Shown here: positions 54,655 through 63,912 of the stretch, piece by piece | Layout: every line of letters begins with the position of its first letter | Position numbering within the stretch: position 1 is the first letter of the stretch | NCBI GenBank assembly: GCA_028823885.1 | Contig: JAPPFK010000152.1 | Location: 293-64,292 of the forward strand | Length of the DNA stretch: 64,000 nucleotides | Origin: Rhodospirillales bacterium | GTDB taxonomy: Bacteria; Pseudomonadota; Alphaproteobacteria; Rhodospirillales; UBA2165 | Direction of reading: 5' to 3' | Notes under the pieces: generated by a model | Seen by the model: the letters and a program-made list of their open reading frames with translations, nothing else | Database searches by the model: none | What the model was told of the DNA's origin: nothing | Position numbers and translations under genes: made by a program

Positions 54655-54833
54655 CCCCCTCACCCTGACCCTCTCCCCCTGAAGAAGGGGGAGAGGGAAC
54701 ACCACCGAAACTCCCTCGCCCCCAATCATGGGGGAGAGGGATGCGGAGGCTTGGCGAGTTAGGGCACAAAGCGAAGCGACTGCCCAAGCGAGCCTTAGCC
54801 GTAGCTGGGTGAGGGGGAAAGGGTTAGGGGGGG
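54655..54833. repeat. nested-palindrome intergenic repeat, copy A
   Basis: CCCCTCACCCTGACCC at the left end. Perfect 11-bp hairpin CCCTCTCCCCC-tgaagaa-GGGGGAGAGGG (54669-54697). Second hairpin CCCTCGCCCCC-aatcat-GGGGGAGAGGG (54713-54740). The right end GGGTGAGGGGGAAAGGGTTAGGGG is complementary to the left end. Lies between convergent genes. Confidence 0.85.
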
Positions 54834-56356
54834 CCGTCTGCCACGAGGCCGCGCAGCTCGTACTTGAGAATCTTGCCCATGGCGTTGCGCGGGAATTCGT
54901 CGACGAAGACCACGTCCTTGGGGTGCTTGAAGCGCGCCAGCACGCCGTCGAACCGCCCGGCCACCGTCTCCTTGTCCAGGGCCGCGCCGTCGCGGAGCGC
55001 GATCACCGCCACCGGCACCTCGCCCCATTTCTCGTCCGGGCGGCCGACCACCGAGGCGTCCTCCACCTCGTCCATGTCGTACAGCACCTGCTCCACTTCG
55101 GCCGGGTAGATGTTCTCGCCGCCGGAAATAATCACGTCCTTCAGGCGGTCGTTGACCCAGTAGTCGCCGTCCTCGTCCCGATAGCCCACGTCGCCGGTAT
55201 GGAACCAGCCGTCCCGGATGGCCTCCCGGGTCGCTTCCTCGTTGCCCCAATATTCGTAGAGGATGCTCTTGCCCTTGATGAGGATTTCGCCGGATTCGCC
55301 GGGCGTCACGTCGGCGCCGTCCTCGCCGACGATCCGCGCTTCGCAGTGAAGGGCCGGCTTGCCGATGGAGCCCGGCTTGCGGTAGCCGTCGGCGGCCAGC
55401 TGGTAGATGGCGCCGGGCGCCGTTTCGGTGGTGCCGTAAAGCTGGCAGACGGCCATGCCCCGGTCGAGGAACGGCTGGATCATCGCCACCGGCACGATGG
55501 TCGAGCCCGTGGTCATCTGCCGGAGCGACGACAGATCGGCGCTCTCCCAGCCGGGATGCCCCCTCATCGCCTGCATGACCGCCGGCACCGCGATCATCAG
55601 GGTGATCCGGTCGTCCTCGATGCTCCGCAGGGCGTCACCGGGATCGAACCGCTCGTGCAAGACGATGGATGCCCCGCAATAGAGCCCCGGGGTCAGCATG
55701 ATGTTGAGACCGCCGACATGAAACAGGGGGATACTCACCAGGATCCTGTCGTCGCTCCGAATGTCGGCGGCGTGAATGCAGTTGAGGGCGTTGTAATGGA
55801 TGGCCTCCTGGGTCAGCACCGCGCCCTTGGGCCGGCCGGTCGTGCCCGAGGTATAGACCAGCAGAAACGGCGCGTCGGCGCCCACATGGGGGTTGTGGTC
55901 GTCGCCCTCGGCCAGGGACAGCTCTTCGTCCAGACGGCGCCAGCCGAAGCGGGATGCGGCGCCGCGGCAGTCGACGAAGGCGGTATCCGGGAAATCGATC
56001 CTGAACCCCTCGGCGTGATCGAGATACTCGTCGTCGCAGAACACCGCCTTGGCGCCCGAGTCCCTGAGAATGTACGCATGCTCCCCCGCCGCCAGACGCC
56101 AGTTGAGCGGCAGGAACATGGCCCCCAGCCGGGCGGCGGCGAAGAACAGGAACAAATATTCGGCGGTGTTGGGGCCGAGATAGGCGATCCGGTCGCCGCG
56201 GCCGACGCCGAGGCGGTGCTTGAGCATCCGGGCATAGGTCCGGGCCTGACCGGCGAACTCGGCGTAGGTCACCTCGCCCCGCGCATGCTCGAAGGCGACC
56301 TTGTCGGGCGTGAATCCGGCGTGGGTCTCGATCCAGCCGGAGATGTCGTCGCTCAC
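54824..56356 (-). CDS. AMP-dependent acyl-CoA synthetase/ligase
   Basis: GTG 56356 (VSDDISGWIETH) in a GTGA overlap with the upstream ACAD stop, 510 aa. AMP motif LVYTSGTTGRPKGAVL, plus GWFHTGDVGYRDEDGDYW and GGENIYPAEVE. Confidence 0.85.
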   Translation of the reverse strand: MSDDISGWIETHAGFTPDKVAFEHARGEVTYAEFAGQARTYARMLKHRLGVGRGDRIAYLGPNTAEYLFLFFAAARLGAMFLPLNWRLAAGEHAYILRDSGAKAVFCDDEYLDHAEGFRIDFPDTAFVDCRGAASRFGWRRLDEELSLAEGDDHNPHVGADAPFLLVYTSGTTGRPKGAVLTQEAIHYNALNCIHAADIRSDDRILVSIPLFHVGGLNIMLTPGLYCGASIVLHERFDPGDALRSIEDDRITLMIAVPAVMQAMRGHPGWESADLSSLRQMTTGSTIVPVAMIQPFLDRGMAVCQLYGTTETAPGAIYQLAADGYRKPGSIGKPALHCEARIVGEDGADVTPGESGEILIKGKSILYEYWGNEEATREAIRDGWFHTGDVGYRDEDGDYWVNDRLKDVIISGGENIYPAEVEQVLYDMDEVEDASVVGRPDEKWGEVPVAVIALRDGAALDKETVAGRFDGVLARFKHPKDVVFVDEFPRNAMGKILKYELRGLVADGPP

Positions 56357-57609
56357 TCGTCCTCCTCGCCCCTGTTGTAGAGGGCTTCGCGGCCGAGGCG
56401 GTCCTGGCAAATCTCCGCCGTCCACGGCAGCATCAGGGCGCCGCAGCGGCTGTCCCGGTAGAGCCGCTCCAGCGGCAGGCTCTTGAGCATGGATTGGCCG
56501 CCGCAGGTGCGGATCGCCATCCGGCACAGTTCGTTGGAATTCTCCATCACCGCATATTGCGCCGTATAGGCCCTGAGCACCTGCTCCTTGCTCGGGTTGG
56601 GGCCGGCCTCGGCAATCGCCTGGAACCACACCGACTTGGTCTGCTCCAGCATCATGTGCATGTTGGCCACCGCCAGCTGCTTGGTCGGGTACATTCGCCG
56701 CTTCACCGGCGGCGTGCCCGGCGCTTCGCCGCGCAGGTACTTGACGGTGAAATCATAGGCCGCCTGGGCGATGCCCATGTAGGTGGGCGTCAGGGTCAGG
56801 AACATGTGCGGCCAGCTGGTCGCCGCCGCGAAATAGATCCCCTTGGGCATCAGCTGTTCGTCGTTGCTGACGAACACGTTGTCGAACAGGAGATTGCGGC
56901 TGACGGTTCCGCGCATGCCCAGGGGATCCCAGTCGCCGACTACGCTGACCCCTTCGGCGTCCGCCGGCACCGCCACGTACATGGTGTCCCGCCGGGACAG
57001 GTTCTGTTTCTTCTCGGTGCACAGCACGCCGTAATAGTCGGCGGAGCCCGCCAGCGACGCGAAGATCTTCTTGCCGTTGATCAGCCAGCCGCCGTCGGTC
57101 TTGGTCGCGGTGGTGCCGAACGGCGCCGTCCCGGCCGCCGCCGCGCCGCCCTCGGAAAACGGCTGGGCGTAGATGGCGCCGTCCTTGACGATCCGCTTGT
57201 AGTGGATGGCCCGGCGGCGGTTATGGGTCTTGCGCTGGGCCGCCGTCATCTTGAGGTCGTCGGCGAGGTCGCCGGTCCACAGGCAGGAGCTGACGTGCAT
57301 GTTCCAGGTCAGCGACGTGGTGCCGCAATAGCGCCCGATCTCGGCGGCGGTCAGCATGTAGGTCATGTAGTCGGCGCCGATGCCGCCGTTCCTGGACGGC
57401 ACGCAGATGCCCAGCAGCTTCGACTTGTGGAGGTCCTTGTAGTTCTCCATCGGGAAGATGGCGTCCCGGTCCCACTTGTCGGCCCGGGCGGCGAATTTCT
57501 CCTGGCCCAGTTTCCGCGCCTGCGCCGTCAGGTCCGCCTGCTTTTTGTTCAGCCGCCACGCCTTGGGATCGTACATGGGGGCGTCGAGTCGGTCGTTCGC
57601 GGTCGCCAT
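56353..57609 (-). CDS. acyl-CoA dehydrogenase-family flavoprotein
   Basis: 418 aa with the three-domain ACAD pattern (GGIGADYMTYMLTAAEIGRYC, then C-terminal LERLYRDSRCGALMLP). Confidence 0.8.
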   Translation of the reverse strand: MATANDRLDAPMYDPKAWRLNKKQADLTAQARKLGQEKFAARADKWDRDAIFPMENYKDLHKSKLLGICVPSRNGGIGADYMTYMLTAAEIGRYCGTTSLTWNMHVSSCLWTGDLADDLKMTAAQRKTHNRRRAIHYKRIVKDGAIYAQPFSEGGAAAAGTAPFGTTATKTDGGWLINGKKIFASLAGSADYYGVLCTEKKQNLSRRDTMYVAVPADAEGVSVVGDWDPLGMRGTVSRNLLFDNVFVSNDEQLMPKGIYFAAATSWPHMFLTLTPTYMGIAQAAYDFTVKYLRGEAPGTPPVKRRMYPTKQLAVANMHMMLEQTKSVWFQAIAEAGPNPSKEQVLRAYTAQYAVMENSNELCRMAIRTCGGQSMLKSLPLERLYRDSRCGALMLPWTAEICQDRLGREALYNRGEEDE

Positions 57610-57621
57610 TGGGGACCCTCC

Positions 57622-58413
57622 CTAGATCTGGTCGAGAAATTGCTGGATCGCCCCGTTGAACAGGCCGGGGCATTGGAGATTGGCCAGGTGGTTGGCGCCG
57701 GGCATGCAGTGATATTTGGCGCCGGGAATCCTGCCGGCCATTTTTTCCATCATGCCGGCGGGCGCGTTGGCGTCCTTCTCGCCCGCCAATACCAGGGTGG
57801 GCGCGCCGATCCGGCCGAGGTTGTCGCGCCGGTCGAAGGTGACCAGGCATTGGACCACCGCCCGGTAGGTGTCTTCGGGCACCGCCGCCATGGCGTCCCG
57901 GGCGAGGCGGACGGCTTCTGGGTCGGCGCCGGTTGGAAACATGGTCCGGATCACCTCGCCGGCGATGTCCTCCATGCCCCGGCCTTCGTCCAGCGGGCCC
58001 AGCCGGTCGGCGACGAACTTCTTCTGGAAATCCCCGTCGGGGCGCCCGAACGCCGGGCTGGTCTGGGCGAGCACCAGGCTTGCGATCCGGTCGGGATGCA
58101 TGGCGGCCATTTCCTGGGCGACCATGCCGCCGATGGAATGGCCGACGAGATGGGCGGTCTCCATGCCGAGATGGTCGAGCAGCGCCGCCAGGGCGGCGGC
58201 GAGGCCGGGGAACGTCACCGGGTCGATGGCCGCCGAGCCCCGGTAGCCGGGCATGTTCCACGCCACCGAATGGTAGGCGGCGGCGAAGTGTTCGAGCTGA
58301 AATTGGAAGGCGTCCGCGTCGCCGCCGATCCCGTGCAGGAAGATCAGCCCGGGCCGGCCCTCGGAATCGGCGCCGGCTTCGCTGTAGGTGATGGGGAAAG
58401 GCGCGTCGCTCAT
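57622..58413 (-). CDS. alpha/beta-fold hydrolase
   Basis: ATG 58413 ([10 protein letters not shown]), 263 aa. [14 protein letters not shown], nucleophile elbow GHSIGG, C-terminal ANHLANLQ. Confidence 0.8.
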   Translation of the reverse strand: MSDAPFPITYSEAGADSEGRPGLIFLHGIGGDADAFQFQLEHFAAAYHSVAWNMPGYRGSAAIDPVTFPGLAAALAALLDHLGMETAHLVGHSIGGMVAQEMAAMHPDRIASLVLAQTSPAFGRPDGDFQKKFVADRLGPLDEGRGMEDIAGEVIRTMFPTGADPEAVRLARDAMAAVPEDTYRAVVQCLVTFDRRDNLGRIGAPTLVLAGEKDANAPAGMMEKMAGRIPGAKYHCMPGANHLANLQCPGLFNGAIQQFLDQI

Positions 58414-58420
58414 GTCGGGT

Positions 58421-59479
58421 CTATTCGGCGGCCTCCGCGAACTCGCCGGCAAGCTCGCCCTTCTCGACCACGTTCTCGCCGTCCAGCGCCACCGTGCAGT
58501 TCCGCACCGGGATATCGAAGTGGCCCAGCGTGTGGCGCTTGGCGAACTCGTTGGCGCCGGTGGAATAGAGGAAGTTGCCGGCGAAGGCGCGGAGTTCGGT
58601 GCCCTGGAAATCCCGCTGGTCGTACATGGTCATGGCCTCGTAGCGGGCCGCCGGGTTCAGGCCCCAGCCCACATGGGAGACGCCGTAGGCGTTCCTGTCG
58701 TCCCAGGCCGCCATGTAGCGCCGGAACAGCTCGGCATCGGTGCCCGCACCCTCGATCCCGGTGACGAAGTCGTTCTCGATGGTCAGCGTGACCGGATCCT
58801 GCAGGTAGCGCTTGAAGGTCAGGTTCACGTCGCCGACGTCGAGCACCAGCGTGCCGTTCACCGAATTCGCCGGCGGGAAGGCGACGACGATGCCGCCCGG
58901 CCAGTGGGCGACGGTCTTGGGCCGGTCGCAATAACCCCACACCCCGGCGCTCGGCGCTCCCTCGATGGCGATCTGGAGATCGGTCCCGGCATCGGAATGG
59001 ACGGTCATTTCCTTGGCGCCCCGGATCTTCTTCACCGCCGCCTTGACCTTTTCGGTCAGAACCGGATCGGGCAGCAGCCGCTCGAGGGCGTCCGGGTGTT
59101 CGTTCGAGACCATGAACAGCCGCGCCCCGTTTTCGATGATCCCCGGCAATTCGGGCGCATGCAGCATGCCCTCGACGGTGAGATCGACCACCATGGTGCA
59201 TTCGGACAGGGCCTTGACCACCGGGCCCAGCCCCTGAACCACGTTGGACGCGCCCGTGGAGCGCACCGGCACCGGCGCCGATTGGGGCGGGGTCGGCATG
59301 ACCACGTGGAACGGCCTGGCGCCGAGCCGCAGCAGCGCCAGTTCGGTCAGGTGGACGTTGAGCTCCCGGGATTGGGTTTCCGACAGGATGGCGACCTCCT
59401 CGCCCGCCTCGACCTTGCAATATTCCAGCGCCGTGACGAAGGTCTCGACCCACCGGTGTTCGACGCGATCCCTGAACAT
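58421..59479 (-). CDS. NicX-like (2,5-dihydroxypyridine 5,6-dioxygenase / M29 aminopeptidase-fold) protein
   Basis: 352 aa. [26 protein letters not shown] and [10 protein letters not shown] fit my recollection of the NicX His/Ser/His-x-Asp iron-ligand blocks. Needs profile confirmation. Confidence 0.55.
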   Translation of the reverse strand: MFRDRVEHRWVETFVTALEYCKVEAGEEVAILSETQSRELNVHLTELALLRLGARPFHVVMPTPPQSAPVPVRSTGASNVVQGLGPVVKALSECTMVVDLTVEGMLHAPELPGIIENGARLFMVSNEHPDALERLLPDPVLTEKVKAAVKKIRGAKEMTVHSDAGTDLQIAIEGAPSAGVWGYCDRPKTVAHWPGGIVVAFPPANSVNGTLVLDVGDVNLTFKRYLQDPVTLTIENDFVTGIEGAGTDAELFRRYMAAWDDRNAYGVSHVGWGLNPAARYEAMTMYDQRDFQGTELRAFAGNFLYSTGANEFAKRHTLGHFDIPVRNCTVALDGENVVEKGELAGEFAEAAE

Positions 59480-59622
59480 GCTATCTCCCCCATATCATCC
59501 GCCGGTCATATCCGTAAGCCGGAGCAATAGTGGTGAACGCCCGAAGGGAATGCAAGGCGCGCAAACGGCGCGCCATAAGCAGGCTAGAACCTCGCCTCGA
59601 GACGGGAATTCAAGCCTCTCCG

Positions 59623-59817
59623 GTCATGCCCCGACTTGTTCGGGGCATCCAGGATATTCACCACGGAGACACAGAGGTCACTGAGGAGGAATGGTTAACT
59701 CCTGCTATCTCACTGTCTCTGTGGTTCAAAAGGCCGTCATGCCCGTGCTTGACACGGGCATCCACGCTAGGCGGTCGGCGCACCACGTGGATGGCCGGGT
59801 CCGAGCCCGGCCATGAC
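59623..59817. repeat. cluster of REP-like hairpin units (GTCATGCCCG...CGGGCATCCACG type)
   Basis: Unit 1: ATGCCCCGA-cttgt-TCGGGGCAT (59626-59648). Unit 2: ATGCCCGTG-cttga-CACGGGCAT (59739-59761). Unit 3, inverted: ATGGCCGGG-tccgag-CCCGGCCAT (59791-59814). Units 2 and 3 face each other (CATCCACG ... CGTGGATG), forming an ~82-bp composite palindrome at 59736-59817. Confidence 0.75.
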
Positions 59818-59906
59818 GCTCTTCATTTAGCACCGGGTGAAGGGGATGTTGTGTCGTCGCCACGACAAGGGAATCCCCTTTCGATTCATAATCGAGTCAT
59901 CTCGCC

Positions 59907-60344
59907 CTACCGCCAGATGCCCCGCCGCGCCGCGCGGGCTTCGGATTGGGCCGCCGCCGGATCGCCGCCGAGATCGGTCCGCGCCCAGCCCAGGCGCAGC
60001 ATCTCCAGCGCCACGTCCGCATCGTCCCGCCTGCAGACGGCCTCCGCATCGCCCCGCGTCTCCGTCCTGACCGCGCATTCGAGCCCCCGCCTGTCGATCA
60101 GCCGCGAGAGCGCGTACGCCGCCTCCCGGCCGCAGGGCCAGTCGCCGGTCTCCGCCGCCCCCGGGCAGGTTTCGTCCAGGGGGAACGGCCTGATGCCTTC
60201 GAGCCGAAGCCGCCTGCCGTCCATCACCACCGTCGCGCCGTCGATCACCCGGGCCATGCCCTTGAGGGTGCCGTCGTCCCGGGTGGCGATCACCAGCGCC
60301 AGCAGGACGGCGAACAGGGCCAGCGGGAAAAGATAGCGAGACAA
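59907..60344 (-). CDS. thermonuclease (SNase)-family protein with N-terminal signal/anchor
   Basis: 145 aa. Hydrophobic N-terminus LFPLALFAVLLALVIA, then VIDGATVVMDGRRLRLEGI, then ARAARRGIW, typical of SNase-like proteins. Confidence 0.7.
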   Translation of the reverse strand: MSRYLFPLALFAVLLALVIATRDDGTLKGMARVIDGATVVMDGRRLRLEGIRPFPLDETCPGAAETGDWPCGREAAYALSRLIDRRGLECAVRTETRGDAEAVCRRDDADVALEMLRLGWARTDLGGDPAAAQSEARAARRGIWR

Positions 60345-60347
60345 AGC

Positions 60348-62693
60348 CTATGCGCCTTCGTTTCCGTCCCGCAGCGCCGCCCAGACCCGGGCCGGGGTCG
60401 CCGGCATGTCCATGCCCTCGACGCCCGCCTGGCGGAGCGCGTCGACGACCGCGTTCATGCCGGCGGGCAGCGCGCCGCAGGTCCCCGCCTCGCCCGCGCC
60501 CTTGACGCCGAGGGGATTGTTCCCGGTCGGCACCGGGTTGCCGCCGATCCGGGTCTCGGCCAGGTCGTCGGCCCGCGGCATGGCGTAGTCCTGGAACGAG
60601 CCGGTCATCAGCTGGCCGCTGTCCGGATCGTAGACCACCTGCTCCATCAGCACCTGTCCCAGGCCCTGGGCGATGCCGCCGTGGATCTGGCCCTTCAGGG
60701 TGACCGGATTGATCACCGTGCCGACGTCGTCGACGATGGCATATCCCGCCACCTCCACCTTGCCGGTCTCGGGATCGATCTCCACCTCGCAGGCGTGACA
60801 GCCGTTGGGAAAGGTGTAGTCGGGCGTGCGGAAGGTGCCGGTTTCGTAGAGGCCGGGCTCCATCCCCGGCGGCAGCCTGGGCGGCTGGAAGGCCGCCTTG
60901 GCCGCCTCCTTGAACGGGATCGACTTGTCGGTGCCAGCGACGGTGAACCGCCCGTCCGCGAGTTCGATGTCGGCCTCGGCCGCTTCCAGGATGTGCGCGG
61001 CGATCCTGGCCGCCTTTTCGGCCACCTTGCCGGCCGCGATGTGGGCCGCCGATCCGCCCATCACCGCCGACCGCGAGCCCATGGTGCCGGCGCCGAACGC
61101 CACCTTGTCCGTATCGCCGTCCATCACCTTGATGTCCTCAGGCTCGATGCCCAAGCGATCGGAAACGATCTGCTTGTACATGGTCTCGTGCCCCTGGCCC
61201 TGGGACTTGGTGCCCATGAGGACCAGCGCGGTCCCCGACGGATTGAACCGGATTTCGCAGAATTCGAGGCCGGGGCCCGCCGCCTGCTCGATGGAATTGG
61301 CGATCCCCAGCCCCCGCAGCCTGCCGCGGGATCTGGCCTCGGCGCGGCGCGCCTCGAACCCGTCCATGTCGGCGAGGCGGTAGAGCTTGTCCATGTTGGC
61401 GGCGAAGTCGCCGCAGTCATAGGTGAAGGTGAGCGCCGTCCTGTAGGGGAAGGCGTCGGGCGCGATCAGGTTCCGCCGCCTGAGGGAAAAGGCGTCGAGG
61501 CCGAGCGCGCCGCCCAGTTCCCGCGCCGCCTCGCTCATCATCCGCTCGATGACGTAGTTGGCTTCGGGCCGCCCGGCGCCGCGGTAGGGCGCCGTCGCCT
61601 GGGTGTTGGTCTGAACCGCCTTGACGTGCACATGGGCCGCCGGGATGTCGTAGACCCCGGCGAGCAGGCCGGTGGAGCCGAACACCGACAGGAAGTTCCG
61701 GACCGACGACACGTAGGCCCCCACATTGGCCAGCGTCCTCACCCGGAGACCGAGAATTTTGCCCTCGGCGTCGAAGGCCAGTTCGGCCTCGCTCACGTTG
61801 TCCCGGCCGTGCTCGTCGGCCTGCAGGGCCTCGGAGCGCTCGCACGACCATTTGACCGGGCGGCCCAGTTTTTTCGCCGCCCACAGGGTCAGCCGGTGCT
61901 CCACGTACTGCCAGCCCTTGGTGCCGAAGCCGCCGCCCACGTCGCCGGCGATGATCCGCACGTCCTGCTCCGGCACCTTGAGGATGTCCTCGGCCAGCAC
62001 GTTCCTGAGCCGGTGGGGATATTGGACGTCCACATGGAGCACGTAGCGCCGCTCCCGGGCGTCGTAATGGCCGAGCGTCCCCCGGGGCTCCATGTACTGG
62101 GCGTGGAGCCGGGAAATGACGAAGCGCCGCCTGACGATGTGTTGGGCCGCCGCGAAGGCCGCCTCGACGGCGTCCGCGTCGCCGGAGCGGAACTCGCCCG
62201 CGACATTGCCCGGGTTCTCGTCCCACAATTGGGGGCAGCCGGGCTCGACGGCGCGGGCCGTCTCCACGTTGGCGGGCAGCGGGTTGAAATCGATCCCGAT
62301 CAGTTCGGCGGCGTCCTTGGCCTGATCGACGGTCTCGGCGATCACCAGGGCGACGGGATCGCCCACATAACGGACCCGTCCCCGGGCGAGGCCCGGATGG
62401 GGGCAGTGAAAGGCCGGCGCGCCCCCTTTCCGCCGCAAGGGCCCTTCCATCCTCGGCCAGCCGATCCCGTCGGCGGCCACGTCGTCCCCGGTGTAGACCG
62501 CGACAACCCCGGGCGCGGCGGCCGCGGCGGACGTGTCGATGGAGACGATCTCGGCGTGGGCGTGGGGAGAGCGCAGCAGATAGGCGTGGGCCTGGCCGGG
62601 CAGGTTGTGATCGTCGACATAGCGGCCGTCGCCGACCAGCAGCCGGGGGTCCTCCTCCCGGGTTACCGCCTGTCCGATGCCGAATGGTCCCAT
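60348..62693 (-). CDS. xanthine dehydrogenase/aldehyde oxidase-family molybdopterin-binding large subunit (CoxL-like)
   Basis: ATG 62693 with GGAG upstream (MGPFGIGQAVTREEDPRLLVGDGRYVDD), 781 aa. a/b-hammerhead then MoCo-binding domains (GGGFG, YRGAGRPEA, GQGHET, GEAG). Confidence 0.85.
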   Translation of the reverse strand: MGPFGIGQAVTREEDPRLLVGDGRYVDDHNLPGQAHAYLLRSPHAHAEIVSIDTSAAAAAPGVVAVYTGDDVAADGIGWPRMEGPLRRKGGAPAFHCPHPGLARGRVRYVGDPVALVIAETVDQAKDAAELIGIDFNPLPANVETARAVEPGCPQLWDENPGNVAGEFRSGDADAVEAAFAAAQHIVRRRFVISRLHAQYMEPRGTLGHYDARERRYVLHVDVQYPHRLRNVLAEDILKVPEQDVRIIAGDVGGGFGTKGWQYVEHRLTLWAAKKLGRPVKWSCERSEALQADEHGRDNVSEAELAFDAEGKILGLRVRTLANVGAYVSSVRNFLSVFGSTGLLAGVYDIPAAHVHVKAVQTNTQATAPYRGAGRPEANYVIERMMSEAARELGGALGLDAFSLRRRNLIAPDAFPYRTALTFTYDCGDFAANMDKLYRLADMDGFEARRAEARSRGRLRGLGIANSIEQAAGPGLEFCEIRFNPSGTALVLMGTKSQGQGHETMYKQIVSDRLGIEPEDIKVMDGDTDKVAFGAGTMGSRSAVMGGSAAHIAAGKVAEKAARIAAHILEAAEADIELADGRFTVAGTDKSIPFKEAAKAAFQPPRLPPGMEPGLYETGTFRTPDYTFPNGCHACEVEIDPETGKVEVAGYAIVDDVGTVINPVTLKGQIHGGIAQGLGQVLMEQVVYDPDSGQLMTGSFQDYAMPRADDLAETRIGGNPVPTGNNPLGVKGAGEAGTCGALPAGMNAVVDALRQAGVEGMDMPATPARVWAALRDGNEGA

Positions 62694-62797
62694 CTCCGTT
62701 CCTTCCCGTGTCCTTCCCGCGGGCGCGCCATGCCCGTGCAGAATTTGCATATCCGCAGGCCGTTGAAAAGCGGCAAGGCCGGAAATTCGGGCGAAAT

Positions 62798-62980
62798 TGC
62801 CCTCACCTCTTGTGACCCCCTCACTCTCATTTCTCTTATGACCCCCTCACCCTGACCCTCTCCCCCTGAAGAAGGGGGAGAGGGGACTCGATGCAAACCC
62901 TCGCCCCCCGAAGGGGGGAGAGGGATGCGAAGGCTTGGCGGGCGGCAGCCCGGCTTAGCCGTAGCTGGGTGAGGGGGGGG
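62798..62980. repeat. nested-palindrome intergenic repeat, copy B
   Basis: Shares with copy A the blocks CCCCTCACCCTGACCCTCTCCCCCTGAAGAAGGGGGAGAGGG, CCCTCGCCCC...GGGGAGAGGGATGCGnAGGCTTGGCG and CTTAGCCGTAGCTGGGTGAGGGGG. Its left extension, CTCTTATGACCCCCTCACCCT, is shared with copy C. Confidence 0.85.
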
Positions 62981-62997
62981 AAGCTGCGGGCGCCCCG

Positions 62998-63813
62998 CTA
63001 GGCGCGCGACGCGTTGTAGGCGCGCAACCGGTCCCTGGCCTCGCCGGCGAGCGCCAGCCCGGCCTTGGCGTGATCCGATGTGAGGTCGGCGGTGTGCCCT
63101 TCATATTCGTCGAGCCCGAGAACGCTCGGGCGGTTGCCGAGCGCTTCCCACCACCGCGCCACGTTGGGCCGGTCCTCGAACCAGACGTCCAGCCACTTGA
63201 TCATGTCGAGGACCTTGACCAGCGGCGCGTAGCAGGTCTCGGCGAGGGTGAATTGCTCGCCCATGATCCACGGCCGGCCGTCGGACAAGGCGGTCTCCAT
63301 CTTGCCGAAGATCCGGTCCCATCCGACGAGGCCGCGCAGCACCCACTCCGAATCCATGCCGTCCCGGATGACCGATTGCTGGCGCAGCGTCTTTTCGAGG
63401 TCGGGCTGCTTTTTCCACCGGCTCTCCAGCTTCTTGACGTCGATCACCGACCGGAACCGGGTCACGAAATTCAGGGCGGCGACGCCCGGAAAACCGACCT
63501 CGTCCGAATCCTTGATCCACTCGCGCATGTAGGTCCGCTCAAGCAGGCCGGCGGGCTTGAGGGCTGGCTCCGGCGTCAGCTCGTCGATGTAATCGCAGAT
63601 GATGGAGGATTCGCGGATCGGATTGCCGTCGTGGACCAGGGTCGGGACGACGGCCTTCGGATTGATCGCGAGATAGTCTTCGTCGAAGTGGTCTTCCTCG
63701 AGCAGCTTGATGTAGCGCGGCGTCCAGTCCTCGATCCCTTTTTCCATGAGCGTGACGACCGCCCGGTTCGAGCAGACGGAATCCGCTTCCTTCAGGTAAT
63801 AGAGTTCAAGCAT
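62998..63813 (-). CDS. glutathione S-transferase-family protein
   Basis: 271 aa. N-terminal thioredoxin-like GST domain (LELYYLKEADSVCSNRAVVTLMEKGI, VVPTLVHDGNPIRESSIICDYIDE). Confidence 0.85.
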   Translation of the reverse strand: MLELYYLKEADSVCSNRAVVTLMEKGIEDWTPRYIKLLEEDHFDEDYLAINPKAVVPTLVHDGNPIRESSIICDYIDELTPEPALKPAGLLERTYMREWIKDSDEVGFPGVAALNFVTRFRSVIDVKKLESRWKKQPDLEKTLRQQSVIRDGMDSEWVLRGLVGWDRIFGKMETALSDGRPWIMGEQFTLAETCYAPLVKVLDMIKWLDVWFEDRPNVARWWEALGNRPSVLGLDEYEGHTADLTSDHAKAGLALAGEARDRLRAYNASRA

Positions 63814-63912
63814 GGCGGCATTCTCCCCCGGCCGTCGCCCAATGGCATCGCCCGTATTCTACCCGGGCGGCCGCTCCGGGCAATCGGCGTGTTTGCCGCA
63901 ACGCGCCGCGGT

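Noticed and set aside
54655-54833. Recurring GGGGGAGAGGG / CCCTCTCCCCC strings, considered as a possible CRISPR array or tandem repeat.
   Set aside because: The repeats are inverted, not direct. They are not regularly spaced by unique spacers, and they occur as isolated composite palindromes kilobases apart. They are classed as REP/MITE-like elements instead.
59946-62855. 969-aa plus-strand ORF opposite the molybdo-hydroxylase gene. Similar long shadow ORFs occur at 36472-38571, 34941-36131, 49606-51537, 54728-56380, 56494-58764, 39377-40726 and 32791-33867.
   Set aside because: Each lies antisense to, or out of frame with, a gene that has clear family motifs. Their composition is typical of stop-poor GC-rich frames, so they are not called as genes.
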